From Phoronis australis (lineage: Eukaryota > Animalia > Phoronida): 63,230 bases of DNA. The stretch spans positions 691,291 through 754,520 of the forward strand of contig NMRA01000116.1 of assembly GCA_002633005.1 (NCBI GenBank). The letters run 5' to 3'. This document shows positions 13,700-24,878 of the stretch, in pieces (the first letter of the stretch is position 1; each line of letters begins with the position of its first letter). Made by a program: the position numbers and the translations under genes. The notes beneath the pieces were generated by a model. It saw only the letters and a program-made list of their open reading frames with translations, searched no databases and had not been told where the DNA came from.

Positions 13700-13880
13700 A
13701 ATTGCTGCAGCTTAGGTATTGGTAGTACTGACTAGAATTATAACTAAGTTAGACGAATTTGCTTCCGATTCAAAGCGCTTCGCTTAGGCATCGGGCTCTA
13801 CCCGGCCCCAGGGCCCAACTTCGCCCGAGTGGCATTTGCGCAGTTGACAGGATCGTGCAAACGATTAGAGGAGGCTTTAT
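11950..13880. repeat. Inverted pair of ~280-bp repeat copies around a ~1.2-kb spacer
   Basis: 11950-12228 is the reverse complement of ~13463-13880 (e.g. ACGGATAGGCTGAGGCTGGACCT vs AGGTCCAGCCCCAGCCTATCCGT). The right arm spans an N gap and an (ACA)n run at ~13670-13698. Confidence 0.7.
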
Positions 13881-13928
13881 ATCATTCAATGGCGTTAAAC
13901 GTGCGTGGTTGCTACACCATTATCGTCG

Positions 13929-14198
13929 ATATTATCGTTGGCCAAATGAGTGAACGTTACGCCGTTGGCGTAAAGTAATTATTTACGCCGTAAAGTAATT
14001 ATTAGCTTACGACGTAAAGTAAGTATTTGCGACACTATAAGAGTTACTTTACGCTTAAAATATTTATTTACGCCACAAATAATTACTGTATGCCACATGT
14101 AATTTATTTATGCCGCACGGAATTGCTCTTGTAACAAGAATTGTGTTACGCACGTAATTTAACGGCGTAACGTTCACCCATTTGGCTAACGATACATC
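13929..14198. mobile_element. MITE with ~35-bp TIRs and internal AT-rich ~21-23-bp tandem repeats
   Basis: TATCGTTGGCCAAATGAGTGAACGTTACGCCGTT inverted to AACGGCGTAACGTTCACCCATTTGGCTAACGATA. Internal TTACGCCGTAAAGTAATTAT-like units. Absent from the homologous site near 43765. Confidence 0.7.
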
Positions 14199-14781
14199 AT
14201 AGGGTAACAATTAAGGGATTCTAGAAGTAAATGTCTATAACTAGCTAAGATTTAAAACAGCGAAATAGCTCTCAAAAAGTAGTGTGGCGTGAATGTCTTA
14301 AAGACAGCGTCCAGCGGCTAAAAGACCTTTTTGGACACCAGAAATGCATGTATTGTTCATAAAAATGTTGTTTTTGCTTCTTACATACCACGGAAAGTAA
14401 TTAATTGCGACGCAAATTACACCGCTCATAATTCGTAGCCTTTTTCGAGCGCCCCAGAAAAAATCTCAACCAATCAGAGTTAAGTGGTTCATATGACATC
14501 GTGGCCACGAATTTACTGGGGAGGCACACTGCGTAACAGCCTAGGACTATAATTACTCCCAGGTAACAGCTGAGTGCCATTCCTTGGACGTTCTGCATTT
14601 GTCGATCTCTGGGCTAAAATGCCTCTTTGCGTGGTGTGCGGGTGTAACAGTGTCAGCGGCAATGGGATAAATTGCACAACTTCCCCCACCGATCACGTCG
14701 TGTGCCGTGCGTGGAATAGATCCGTATCCACGGACAAGGCCTAGCATACAAAATCTACAGCTTCGCGTCGATGTGGGTAAA

Positions 14782-15569
14782 AAGGACTTGGTAATTGTTT
14801 ACAATACGACGACAATGACTTTGACATATGATTTTGGTATCGTTCGATTCCTCGCACCGTCATCTTTCCAAATATATATGAATTGATCCCCTACCGCGTT
14901 TCCTCCATATTTTATCGTCGAATTTCAGTTGGCACTATTTCCTGGTGGACACCGCCATGTTAGCTCAATTCAAGATTACAGCGACACCTACTGTTAATGA
15001 ATGAAACAGCATCATTGATTCTGAATGTTGTTTGCCTGCGCGAGAATCCCGCTAAAGTTTTCCTGACATAATATTGATGAACAAGTAAAAGCATTTTACC
15101 TTTTCCATTTTTTTAGAATTGTGACCATTTGACCATTTTTCAACGAAATTGTCTGAAGTGATACTCTTCATAAATTTGGACCTCAAAAACAACCTCCGCT
15201 GTTTCGGCGGATTCTTGCTAGCAGATGCGTATATCAGGGTTAGGGTTAGGGTTAGGGTTAGGGTTCCGTAACTCGGGCAGGGGATTGACGGGTCTCAGTC
15301 AATTTGAACTTATGAAAAGCGACGGTCTGCAAGTCGGTAGATTAGTTCAGTTTTTGACCGCCAGGTGACTCCTTCCATTCAACATGGCGGTATTACTACC
15401 GCGTACCAGGAAATAGTGCTAGAAGAAATTTCACGATAAAATACTAAGGGAACGGGGTAGGAGAAATTTCTGTGTATATTTGGAAATATAACATTGCCAG
15501 GAATCAAACGATACCAAAATCATATGTCTAAGTCATTGTCGTTATATTGTAAACAATTACCAAGAACTA
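14782..15569. mobile_element. MITE with ~180-bp imperfect TIRs and an internal (TTAGGG)n tract
   Basis: CTTGGTAATTGTTTACAATACGACGACAATGACTTTGACATATGATTTTGGTATCG...CCGCCATGTT inverted to AACATGGCGG...CGATACCAAAATCATATGTCTAAGTCATTGTCGTTATATTGTAAACAATTACCAAG. Confidence 0.8.
15236..15265 (+). repeat. Interstitial telomere-like repeat, about 5 x TTAGGG
   Basis: AGGGTTAGGGTTAGGGTTAGGGTTAGGGTT seen directly. Confidence 0.9.
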
Positions 15570-17409
15570 AATAAAATCTGACCCAGAAATAGTGTCATTA
15601 AAAGATGCACCGCTCTTTGAGTAAACCAAATTATTTACCGGTTTTGGAAGAATTATCGTTCCAGGCCTACCGCTCATCTACTGCTAAAATTGAAGTGCGC
15701 TCTTGGGAGTCGGCGTTTGGCGATTACGTCACCTGACCTGAACAGTTTCTTTTCCCCCGGTTTATTCTTCTATCAACTGTTCTTTGCTGCCACGAGGTTG
15801 CGTACTGTCACAACGAATTGTCGGAACTGGTCTCATTTCGCTACAAGTTATTAGCATTTTTAAGATCAACAAACCGAATTTAGAACAAACTTTACTGCTG
15901 CGAAGCTGTTATCATGTTCCAAAAGTAGTCGCAAAATTTTAGTACCGGGCGCGTGCTCGTTTCATGAGTGTTTCAAGAAGACAACAGACTTTCTTTGTTA
16001 GAAAACTCAAAAGGCCGAGAGTAATGCTAGAAAAGGACGTTTATTAGATTGTTCTTCCCTTAAACGACTGGCACTGAACGGGCAAGGTGAGTGTCCGAAT
16101 TGTCTCCCAGATTTTACATGCACCCCGGTCGTCGGTCGTTGGCTGTGCGATATAAGTTTCACGACGAGTTGACCAACACAACTAATACCCGGTCTGTAGG
16201 TAGGCCTATGAAATTTCGTGATAGACTACAGTCTATGGTCTATGTATGGTTTAACAGAGCTCAAGTCACAGTGTTACCTAGCTGTATTTTGGTGATAGCC
16301 TACAAACAGCTAGCTGGTTGGCTACAAAAAATCTGCAGTGTGCACTTCGACGTTTCGTGTCACTGTTCCGGCCCAGAGTATAGGGAATCCGGCCCAAATC
16401 CGGAATATTCTGTCTGTTTTGGGTAGTTCTCGTAGGCCTAACGGAATTCTGATACTGAATTTAAAACGTTCAATTGATTACAAATTCTTATGACTGGGTA
16501 TGTTTTCATGCAATACAGACTTTATTTCGTAGTTTTAATTTATTACAGACACGCACAATGTTGTGTTGCCATGAAATTTTCAATTTTTTTAGCTTGACAG
16601 ATTGCGGGTTGCAGCATTTCAAGGCGACTTATTTTAAAAATTAAGTTTCTAGTATAAAATTTTCAATGAATTTGAATATAGTTGCATTGTACGAAAAGAT
16701 CATGCTGATATGTGCTGTAAGCCTAACGTTTCTAAGTTATTTGCACCAAATTAAACGGCCTCTTGTCGTCTATACCCATACGGGACACACACAGGACAGC
16801 CGTCCGTATTGGAATCGCGCAGCGTTCACACCTTCGGCTTCAAAAAGACATGAATGGAAAGTTACTAACATCAAAGTTTTTGTATCAAACAAATTACACT
16901 TTATGATAAACATTGGGAAATTGCTGATAACAATTCAGACGAAGCGTTTTGTTTTTTCGGCTGTTTCGACGGCACCAGTCACACTCCCAGGGATTCCCAT
17001 ACGGGCCCGTATTAGAATGTGTGCTAAATAATTGAATAGAAATTCTAAAGGTAGTGATTTTTATTAATTTTAATATTAACTGACATGAAATGAAAAATTA
17101 ATGTGTTTCCTTGATTTTCCACGTATTTTGCACTAAATTAAAAAAGAGTCATCTCTGATTCCAATACTTTGGAGACACGGTGAAAGCCAAAATCGTTGTA
17201 ACGATGATGTCATAGACTTCGATTAGTGCAAGCGCCGTCTCAATTTTTTTTGGCGCTAAATGGGGTTCGTGATGGGGCAACTGTATTGTTGAAGGCCTAC
17301 TTAATTAACGACTGGGGTATGCTATGACACAGTATTTTGACGTTTTTTTATCAATAAATGTATTTTAGATGTAAAAATAGTCATTTTGGCACCATACTTG
17401 GCCTTTAAA

Positions 17410-19340
17410 ATCGACCAAAAAACAAAACAGCAGAAAATATGATTGTTATCGGCTATGTTGGTGTACTTGCTAGCATAGTAGGGCAAGGCGCAGGCATTTC
17501 AAATTTAGAATTGAAGGTGATCGTCAAATGATTGTTGTTCATCCACTTTCATTGTGCATTGGTGGACTCACATGCATGCGGGTGTACACATGTGTGCGTT
17601 TTCATTCTTTTAAATCCAGTACACACCGACGATTAGTTCACTATAGGCAGTCTTCCTGTTGCTCAAAAAAAAACAGACATTAACTACCGTGTGTTCTTGC
17701 ACTGAGGAAACGAGCATGTTCACAGTATAAGGGAAAAGCAGGTCTAGACTTAATGAAACTTTGGTCAATGAAGAAAATGTTCCATTTTCCATCAGTGACA
17801 ATGGTGCACACCCTCGCAGACTTCATACGAGCAACAAACTTGAAGCAAAAGATTTCCAAGGTTACGTGTCACTATTCCGAAGGTTCACTTCTCGGAAAGT
17901 CCACTACACTGAAGTTTCACTACTCCGACAATAACTCTGATTGTTTGCTAATGAGTCGGAACTGACATGAATGAAATATTGTTTTCGTATCCGTTTAGGA
18001 ACCATTTAAAATGTGCGGAAAACTTGAATAGTTCTTAAAACATTGATCATATTGTTTACAAATGAGCTTCGTACCAATCACTGCCAATCGTGATTTCTTG
18101 AATCTAAGTAAACGACTCATTCTCAAGCAGAGGCATCTGGGTCACGGGTCAGGGCTGCATGCGGCGACCTGAAGACTGAATGGGACTCTCTGATTTTGTG
18201 AAGACTGGCAGGGACAGGGTAGCCTTCTAAGTACATTTAGTTTCGGCTACTTCCGTAAGGTGAGGTTATTATTAATCAATATCCCTACTTCGTATTCCTT
18301 TGAAAGGATAAAACCCTGTGATGGTCCACCAATCCTCGTTCTGTCACTTGCTAATGCATCATTGGCGCCAATCTTTCAAGTTAAAAGTGTATCAAACTCG
18401 GTTTTATCCTATTAAGAGGTACTGAAAACGACTTTCCCATCCAGTTCTCTGAAACGAAATAATCGACAAGGTTTTGAGGAAAACCAGAAAACCCCTTACA
18501 AAATCTGCCAATGGGGCAAGCGTGACCTACGCTTTTAGCGAGTTACGCGGCATCTGTGGGAAAGAACACCCACCAAGGACCATAATTCGTGAAATAGTGG
18601 GTATGAATCCTTAGTTGATTCCTGCTTCATCTTTCAAGATTGACGCCAATGATGCAACAGCAAGTTAGAGAACGAGGATTGTTTGAAATAACCAAAATAG
18701 GGTTTAGAATCCTTTTAAAGGAAGTAATCACGTGAGAGTTCATACATCGCATGTCTAAGTTTGGACAATATGGTCCTTGCTGGGTGGACCTTTCCCACAG
18801 TTGCCGTGTAATTCGCAAAAAGCGTAGGTTACGCTTGCTCGTTTAGCAAACTTTGAAAGGAGTGTTCAAAACTTTCAGCAAACTTTTGAGGGTTGCCAAT
18901 GGTTACAGAGTATTATTTTGTGTTAGAGACTGGGTGGGAAGTCATTGTTATTATCGGTCAATAGGTCAAACACGGATTTGGAATCCTTTTAAAATGCTTA
19001 GTTTTCCGTATTCGCACGACATGCAGGCAATTTCGTATAGAAATTAAACCTAGGTTCGAAAATTTAGATATTTTCCGAGTAGTGGGCCTTCGGAGTAGCG
19101 AGCCTTTGGAGTAGTGAAGGTTCTGTCTTGTGCCCGTTTCCAGCGATGTAAGTAACACGCAAAAATACAATCAGATAAAAATTCCGTCAAGTCATTCTCA
19201 GACTAAAAAATTACGTCGGAGTATGTACTTAAGTACGCCTGATTTGAAGGTTTGGCGGGTAGACCTTTGCAAAATACCAACGAACCACTTTTCCCGAAAT
19301 TCGAACCACCCCCTGCGCAATGCTGGCTACGGGCCTGTGG
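17410..19340 (+). repeat. Dispersed repeat colinear with 43866-45785
   Basis: Shared blocks such as AACAAAACAGCAGAAA, ATGGTGCACAxCCTCxCAGACTTCATACGAGCA, TTGTTTACAAATGAGCTT and GAAATTCGAACCAC...CGCAATGCTGGC. A reverse-strand part lies at 10860-11005. Confidence 0.7.
18465..18890. mobile_element. Foldback MITE with ~100-bp imperfect TIRs
   Basis: GCAAGCGTGACCTACGCTTTTAGCGAGTTACGCGGCATCTGTGGGAAAG...CAAGGACCATA inverted to TATGGTCCTTG...CTTTCCCACAGTTGCCGTGTAATTCGCAAAAAGCGTAGGTTACGCTTGC. Confidence 0.7.
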
Positions 19341-20179
19341 TGACACTGATAAACTATCGTATTCTCATAGCAGCTTAATTCTTAATTCTAGTCACCAGCC
19401 TCTATTGTTAAGTCTTAACTTGAATATACAAACAACCCAGCCCAAGCTTCTTCCTCATTCATTAGTTTTGCGTTTGGCGCACATTCTGATTGGTAAAACA
19501 AGTTCACTTGAAAGTTATATGTAGTATGAGCTATCCATGGCTTGGAATTTTCCTCTTTTAAGAGGATTTCCTCTTTCTTCGTCTCTTTTTATCATTGTTT
19601 TAACTTCATTCATGCAAAAACGTGTAGTTCAGTTAAATTTTACAACACAAAAATATTTCTATGACGCAAGCCTATTTGTGGAACGATGCATCACCTGGAA
19701 AATATTCCTCTTTTTGTCATTGGTCATTGCAAGCCCTGGCTATCACGCCGGCCAGAAACTTTTAATACATCATGTTTTTCTTTCTGAAACACCTCGGGTT
19801 TTTCCATTCATAATAAAGCCCACAAAACTGTTATGATACTGAATGGAAACTGTAGTGAAATGAAATATGAAAATGAACCAGCACTGGCTTGTTTTTCAGT
19901 AGGTACTTGGTGATATTAATAACTGTCAACACTTTCCGAGAATAAAAGCCTGTGCAGCTCATTGAGCAAAACTACTACCCCGAAAACTGCCTTTCTTCTC
20001 CCTCATCTGTGCAGTATTGGTCAACTGAGTGTCCGTTATAAAGTACACAGTAGAGGTATACCGCCTAGGGAACAGCGAAGCAATGACTTAAGAAACAGCC
20101 AGGTGCAAGCTGTTGTCCAAGGCATGGAGCGAAACGTCACCTTTGCTGATCAAAAATGCCCACGTGCATGTCAAGGCCT

Positions 20180-20675
20180 TGATACGCAATAAAATGCAAC
20201 AATTTCGTAAAATGTAACCATTGTTACAATTTAGGATGCTAGGTCTCTCCTAAAGTGTAACAAGTTGTTACGTTTTATGTAATTGTTACAATTTACGAAA
20301 TATACCACTGTTAAATTTTACGACAATAACGAATCTTTTCACGGAGAATTCAATGTTGGAACCCAATTTGACAGAAAAAAACACCCGTTTTAGTCCACGA
20401 TAGCTTGATTTATTTCAGCCAGTATTTTATTGCCTTGGATTCATCGCTAATGCTCCACACAAAAGGAGTAAAACCAAAGTTTCTGATGCCGACAGGTTCT
20501 GTCTACCACTTTAGTTAGGAATGAAAATTTCTTAAAAACATTGTGGTGGAAGGAAATAAAAACAGTGATACGCCGTAAAATGTAACAATTTCGTAAAATG
20601 TAACAACTGTTAGCCTACATTTTAAGTCATTATTACATTTTACGTTGCCAAGCCTCTCCTAAAATGTAACAAGTT
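20180..20675. repeat. Two direct copies of a GTAAAATGTAACAA-rich repeat
   Basis: TGATACGC(A/C)...AAATG(C/T)AACAATTTCGTAAAATGTAAC at 20180 and 20566. A related segment at 35120-35257 ends in TTACGGCGTAACA. Confidence 0.55.
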
Positions 20676-22689
20676 GGGAAGGGACAACTAGCTAAACCGC
20701 CGTTTTTGGCCTCCTTCCCCGGACTAATTTCAGGACTTAAGTTTCGTTTAAAAGGAAACAGATGCTTTATCAGAAAGATTAAAGCTTTTTCTATAGGAGG
20801 ATATCAAAAAACTCACTTTTCAACCTTAAACAGTGGTGTAATTGTACTTTGAAAATATCGACTTCAGCGCACGCAATCGCAATTTCCCACACGCAGTCAC
20901 GGGTATTTAAGCTTTTCTCCGTCGATGTATAGATGGCGCAGTAGTCAAGTGCTCCCTCATTTGCATATCAAATTTGCATATGGGAGTTCTGAGACTCTCG
21001 TCAGTTTAGTTGTTGTCGACCGCTTGAGTGCATAAAGCGGTGACCTCCCGCTGAGAACACGCGCTGATGAAGATACGACAGCTAACTCGATCGCTTCGCA
21101 ATCAGGAGGTGAAAACACTGTCATGACCGCAGTTCTGAATTCCAGCTAAGCAAGCCCTATTTCGAGGAGCGGATTTGAATTGTTTTCGTCCCCAGATTTT
21201 GGATTGCAGAGAAGATTAGAATGAGGTCAACATCGAACTTTCTGCGGCTACCTATCGTGTTGAAAGTTTGAAGTGTCAGAACCATTAGACGGAGCGCGCG
21301 GGATGTCTATGATTCCTGTTCTTCTTCAGTTGGCGAAAACATTGCTATCGGCATAAAGACTGACCGTGGGTTATTCATTTTGAGTTGGACACCTGTATCC
21401 AACAATAAATATCAATACTCTGAAATATCTCACCCTACGCGTTTCGTTTCTTTGACGTTGTTTGAGGTTGCGGTATCGTGAAACAACGCCGTCGGGTGAG
21501 AGAAGTTGCACCGTGTAACTGGAATTGGCTGCAGATCTTTCCTTTAGAATGCCCGGACTCAACTGTGTCATTTTCTTGGCAAGTCTCTTGCCTGCCGAAA
21601 TCTTTCTGAGCATTGAAGACCTCGGCCTTTTCCTGCGCCAATCAACCTTTTATCTGCTACAGAAATGTTATGCCTAATTTCCTAGCATTTTAGGACACTT
21701 TGTGGCTCTGCTACAGTTAGCACTGCCATAATCGTATTTCTTAATTCCGCCACCGTCAGTATGCATACGTGGAAGTTAGTTTTGCTAAGTGTTTTTCCAA
21801 ATTAAGCCACAACAGTTATTCATCATTAAATGCCTCAGATTCCTCGACGCAATGGACATTTCCGTCAACACAAAACACACCCTTGCCATTCTAAAAAATC
21901 GTGTGCTATTGCTTCGAAGGACCGGCAGTAACCGTGGCTGGAATGTCTGCAGCTTCGCGACTAAGTCTACAGCAAACTCCTGTTGAAATTCTCCATACTT
22001 CAAAATTCTTGTTTGCTGGTGCTGATAATTACCTTCAATGGTTTTCATAATAAGAGACTAGAAAGCATACACGCCCACTGGCCTGCTGCCTTACATTTTC
22101 ACTGGCCACCTTGCTACCGTCGACTTGCGCAATAGCCGAATTAGTGTCCACATTTGTGATCACGCGCCGGGTACAGGCCCATGGGACAAGTTGCAGCACT
22201 GAACAAATTCGGTACGAATCCATAAAACCGTTTACACGCACAATTAAATGCGCAAAACTGCTCCTGTATTTCTTAAACTTTTAATTTAATGCTCAAGCTA
22301 TGCAACGAGTGCCGGTTGTAAAACACAACATTGACCTTGGATCAACGATGGACTCCTTGCATCAGGACCTTAGTAAGCGGGGGGAGGGCGAGTGCCACCC
22401 CAAAAAATTGCATGCCTCAGGCAACCGACAAAGGTGTGGGGATGGGGAAAGACAAAAAGGAAAGACTTCGAATACTGATCAGAGAGAAAACTCAAGAGAA
22501 CTTTGAAAACTCGGTATCAGTGTATGGTTTACCATTTGAGGGCCCTGACCAGGACAATTGTTGTTAGGGTCTCCGTTTTTGCAGCATAGGTCGTCTAAGC
22601 GCTCTTGAAAATGTGCAGTTAACCATTCATAAATGTATTTCGAAAATTCGAGAAAATTTGTACAGCAAAAATTTTGCGGAGCGTATTAA

Positions 22690-23880
22690 AGGAGCATGCC
22701 ACCCCAAAACAACCTAATTTGTATCAATTTAGATCGAGTAGTTCTACTCCATAACGGCACGCGCGGTTGCGTTACCTGACACCTGATGGCATACTGAGGT
22801 TTTGAAATTATCCAATGACGTAATTGGTTTCACACGCAGTCTGTTCAGCAGTTCACAACACGGGTTACTGGTGTCAGCTTATCGCTTGAATTCATCGTTT
22901 TACATCAATAAATCATCAAACTTCGATGTAAAACCCTTAAAAACACACCGAGTTCGTATAAAAACGTGTTGTTTTATTTCGCTGTTACGGATTTATCTGT
23001 ATTTGGACACGGCCGTAGCCTACAACGGCTCGGCATTCCAATAAGGTCCGTAGCAGGAGTTTGGGGTCTTTTCGGAGATAAATTCGAAGTATTTTTCGTG
23101 AGATACAGACAGGAGAACCTAGTCTGTGTAGTTTAGAATTGTGATTTTTTGAGTTCTAAACACGCAAAACGCTCGTTATCCTGGCCAGTGGCTCGGAGCC
23201 CGGTCAGGCCCGTCGCGGCCGGCCGGATTGACTCGTTATCCCGACCAGTAGCTCGGAAACTGATCAGACATCACGAACATAAACCAGCTAAAGTTGGAAA
23301 CTGAACTTCTAGTCTGGAAAATACTATACTAGTGAGCCAAAGTAATGTGCACGTGATTATGTTGGTGAATTAGCCACGAAACTGCAAATCTACTTACTTG
23401 TTGGGGCCGCGAATTCAGATTCCACTTTGTCCACAGCACCGTCAGCATGCTCACACCCAGCCTTCAATATGGGGGGGGGGCTCGAATTTCTGACGTTGTG
23501 GACCTTTTGGTAACAAAAAAGCGGGTGAGCTAAAAAAAACGGGGCACCACTGTGAACTGCGCGATTGTGCTTATTTAGAGGACTTTAGTCTCATTTTCTC
23601 GGACTTTTTATTTCCCAGAGGCGGACCTTTTTGTCCACTTCGCCNNNNNNNNNNNNNNNNNNNNNNNNNNNNNNNNNNNNNNNNNNNNNNNNNNNNNNNN
23701 NNNNNNNNNNNNNNNNNNNNNNNNNNNNNNNNNNNNNNNNNNNNNNNNNNNNNNNNNNNNNNNNNNNNNNNNNNNNNNNNNNNNNNNNNNNNNNNNNAAG
23801 GTCGACCGTGTGCGAGGCGATGTGGATATAGACCAATTAATAAGGCAAAAAAGACTAATTAAATCGGGTGGCATTCTCCT
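22690..23880. mobile_element. Kolobok-like non-autonomous element
   Basis: TTAA|AGGAGCATGCCACCC ... GGGTGGCATTCTCCT|TTTA (TIR plus mutated TTAA TSD). A reverse copy of the left end at ~33640-33801 ends GGGTGGCATTCTCCT|TTAA. Contains an N gap. Confidence 0.65.
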
Positions 23881-24778
23881 TTTATTCAGTTCAAGTTTTT
23901 CAGTGGTCCATAGGCAGTGCACTGCAGGAGGGCTGAGGGGGCTTTAGCCCCAACTTTTTTCAGCGCTGCGCCCTCTATACACCTCCGACATGACACTGCC
24001 AACTACTCACGAGGGGAAGTTGAGATTTCAAATTCATCAAAAACACAAAACATTCGTGCACAGCACAGGAGCTGTCTTGTAAGAAGTGGCGGTGCGTCAC
24101 TGAACTTAGTTGAAGGCTGAAGGACGGACTTACAAAAATTCGAGCCATCGGCATCAGACTACCATATCGCAAAGAAGGACTCCAAACGATAACAGTGATA
24201 ATCATGAATGTATTGAATTTTTAAAAAAAACTAGACTAAAGAAATTCAAAAATTTACAAACCGTAGATCGGATCGAAAAAGAAATTCAAGTCATTGCTAG
24301 TAAATTTGGAAAGATTGTCTTTGCATTTCCTTGATGCTTGTAGTTCCCAGTAGTATTGTGCAATAGAATTTAGGTTCTTCTAAACCGAATCGTTTGCTTG
24401 ACATTCCCGTGCATACTGCAAAGGCTGCATGGACACGTCGTGACTCAGTGACGCACCCACGTTAAAAATAAGGTATTGGCTGCCCGCGTAGAATCCGCGC
24501 ACAGTGATTGACGGGAAAAGAACTTGAACTGCAGGAGTTGAAGTGTGTGCTTTTTTGGGACACGCGTTCCATAGCATTTTCCCCAGCCGCCCGGCGGCAG
24601 AAGCTGGACCAGTGGCTGTGTTTCAACAGCTCTATAGGCCAAGGATTTCGGGATCATATCTTTCAAAAAATCTTCAGGAAATGACCGTATTAAAATAAGC
24701 TTTTCCCCAAACTGGGTCAAACAGAACGACCTTGGAGCCAGAATACGAGTATAGGTTCGAGCTAAGCCGCACGTCTCA

Positions 24779-24878
24779 ATAGCGGAGCTGACCAGCGACT
24801 AGCATTAGTTCTTCGAATTGCGCATGAATCATAGCGGAGCTGACCAGCGACTAGCATTAGTTCGTCGAATTGCGCATG
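24779..24878. repeat. 52-bp tandem duplication
   Basis: ATAGCGGAGCTGACCAGCGACTAGCATTAGTTC(T/G)TCGAATTGCGCATG occurs twice. Confidence 0.85.

Larger units (their letters stand above)
14302..17404. mobile_element. Composite insertion at a TTAA site (Kolobok-like)
   Basis: GTGAATGTC-TTAA|AGACAG...TGGCCT|TTAA-AATCGACC. The paralogous empty site GTGAATGCC-TTAA-AATCGAC is at ~43856-43875. AG...CT termini with weak TIR similarity. Confidence 0.55.

Noticed and set aside
13445-13725. ORFs spanning N runs (also 23591-23922)
   Set aside because: Artefacts of assembly gaps.
20950-21120. Paired octamer motifs (ATTTGCAT) followed by CTGATGA, suggestive of an snRNA promoter or a Penelope hammerhead
   Set aside because: No recognisable snRNA body; no GAAA directly after the putative stem II; no RT or GIY-YIG motifs identified nearby.
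21371-22241. Cluster of overlapping minus-strand ORFs that look like decayed coding sequence
   Set aside because: No protein motif recognised; possibly a transposon ORF relic but unsupported.
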